DNA from: Casimicrobiaceae bacterium
GTDB taxonomy: Bacteria > Pseudomonadota > Gammaproteobacteria > Burkholderiales > Casimicrobiaceae
Direction: 5' to 3'
Assembly (NCBI GenBank): GCA_035501595.1
Contig: DATJVX010000061.1
Span: 66,233-130,232, forward strand
Length of the DNA stretch: 64,000 nucleotides
Shown: piece by piece, positions 63,886-64,000 of the stretch
Layout of the letters: each line of letters opens with the position of its first letter
Numbering within the stretch: position 1 is the stretch's first letter
Made by a program: the position numbers and the translations under genes
Notes under the pieces: generated by a model
Databases searched by the model: none
Told to the model about the DNA's origin: nothing
What the model saw: the letters and a program-made list of their open reading frames with translations, nothing else

Positions 63886-64000
63886 TGCACGACCACGGAA
63901 ACCGCCCCGCACGTCGATAATAGTCCCGCTCCCGAGGGTGGGTCACCACCATATGCCCGACGGGGTGTGGAAGACAACTGCTCCAGGAGACAGCGATGCA

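Noticed and set aside
63996-64000. ATG at 63996 preceded by AGGAGA (63985-63990), probably the start of the next plus-strand gene.
   Set aside because: Only 5 nt lie inside the window, too little to support a feature.

Overview
Visibly very GC-rich chromosomal segment (exact GC not computed). Gene content and synteny look proteobacterial, most likely beta- or gamma-proteobacterial: dapD-map-glnD, def, an MTAP-family phosphorylase, pilU-dapE-prmB, LpxO-like hydroxylase, TonB-dependent receptor, gsiABCD. I support about 50 protein-coding genes, 2 decayed genes, a few hairpin terminators and several sigma70-type -10 boxes, which stand out as AT-rich hexamers in the GC-rich background. I found no rRNA, tRNA, CRISPR array, transposase or integrase.

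Many long ORFs in the six-frame track are Arg/Pro/Gly-rich shadow frames typical of high-GC DNA and were rejected. Several real genes start well inside the listed ORF.

Accessory modules worth a second look:
1. A translationally coupled four-gene operon: cyclic-nucleotide-gated MscS-type channel, family-2 O-methyltransferase, second methyltransferase-like protein, and a single-module C-A-T NRPS. The NRPS has no release domain and an unrecognised specificity code.
2. An imuA-imuB-dnaE2 mutagenesis cassette plus a Memo-like gene sitting between the two halves of a form-II coxSLM / coxDEG-xdhC cluster. Its promoter spacer is filled by a perfect TCGAAC-N4-GTTCGA palindrome. That is the Gram-positive/actinobacterial SOS-box type, not the CTGT-N8-ACAG type expected for beta/gamma-proteobacteria.
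3. A PQQ alcohol dehydrogenase carrying the lanthanide-type Asp (WDLD). Its neighbours are a dihaem cytochrome c, a periplasmic ankyrin protein, a TonB receptor-cytochrome b561 pair and a MoxY/ExaD-like two-component system.
4. Two genuinely decayed genes, a DUF4239/bestrophin-like gene and a secreted repeat protein, among otherwise intact long ORFs.

All functional calls rest on my own reading of the translations, by motif and recollected family resemblance. No database search was run.
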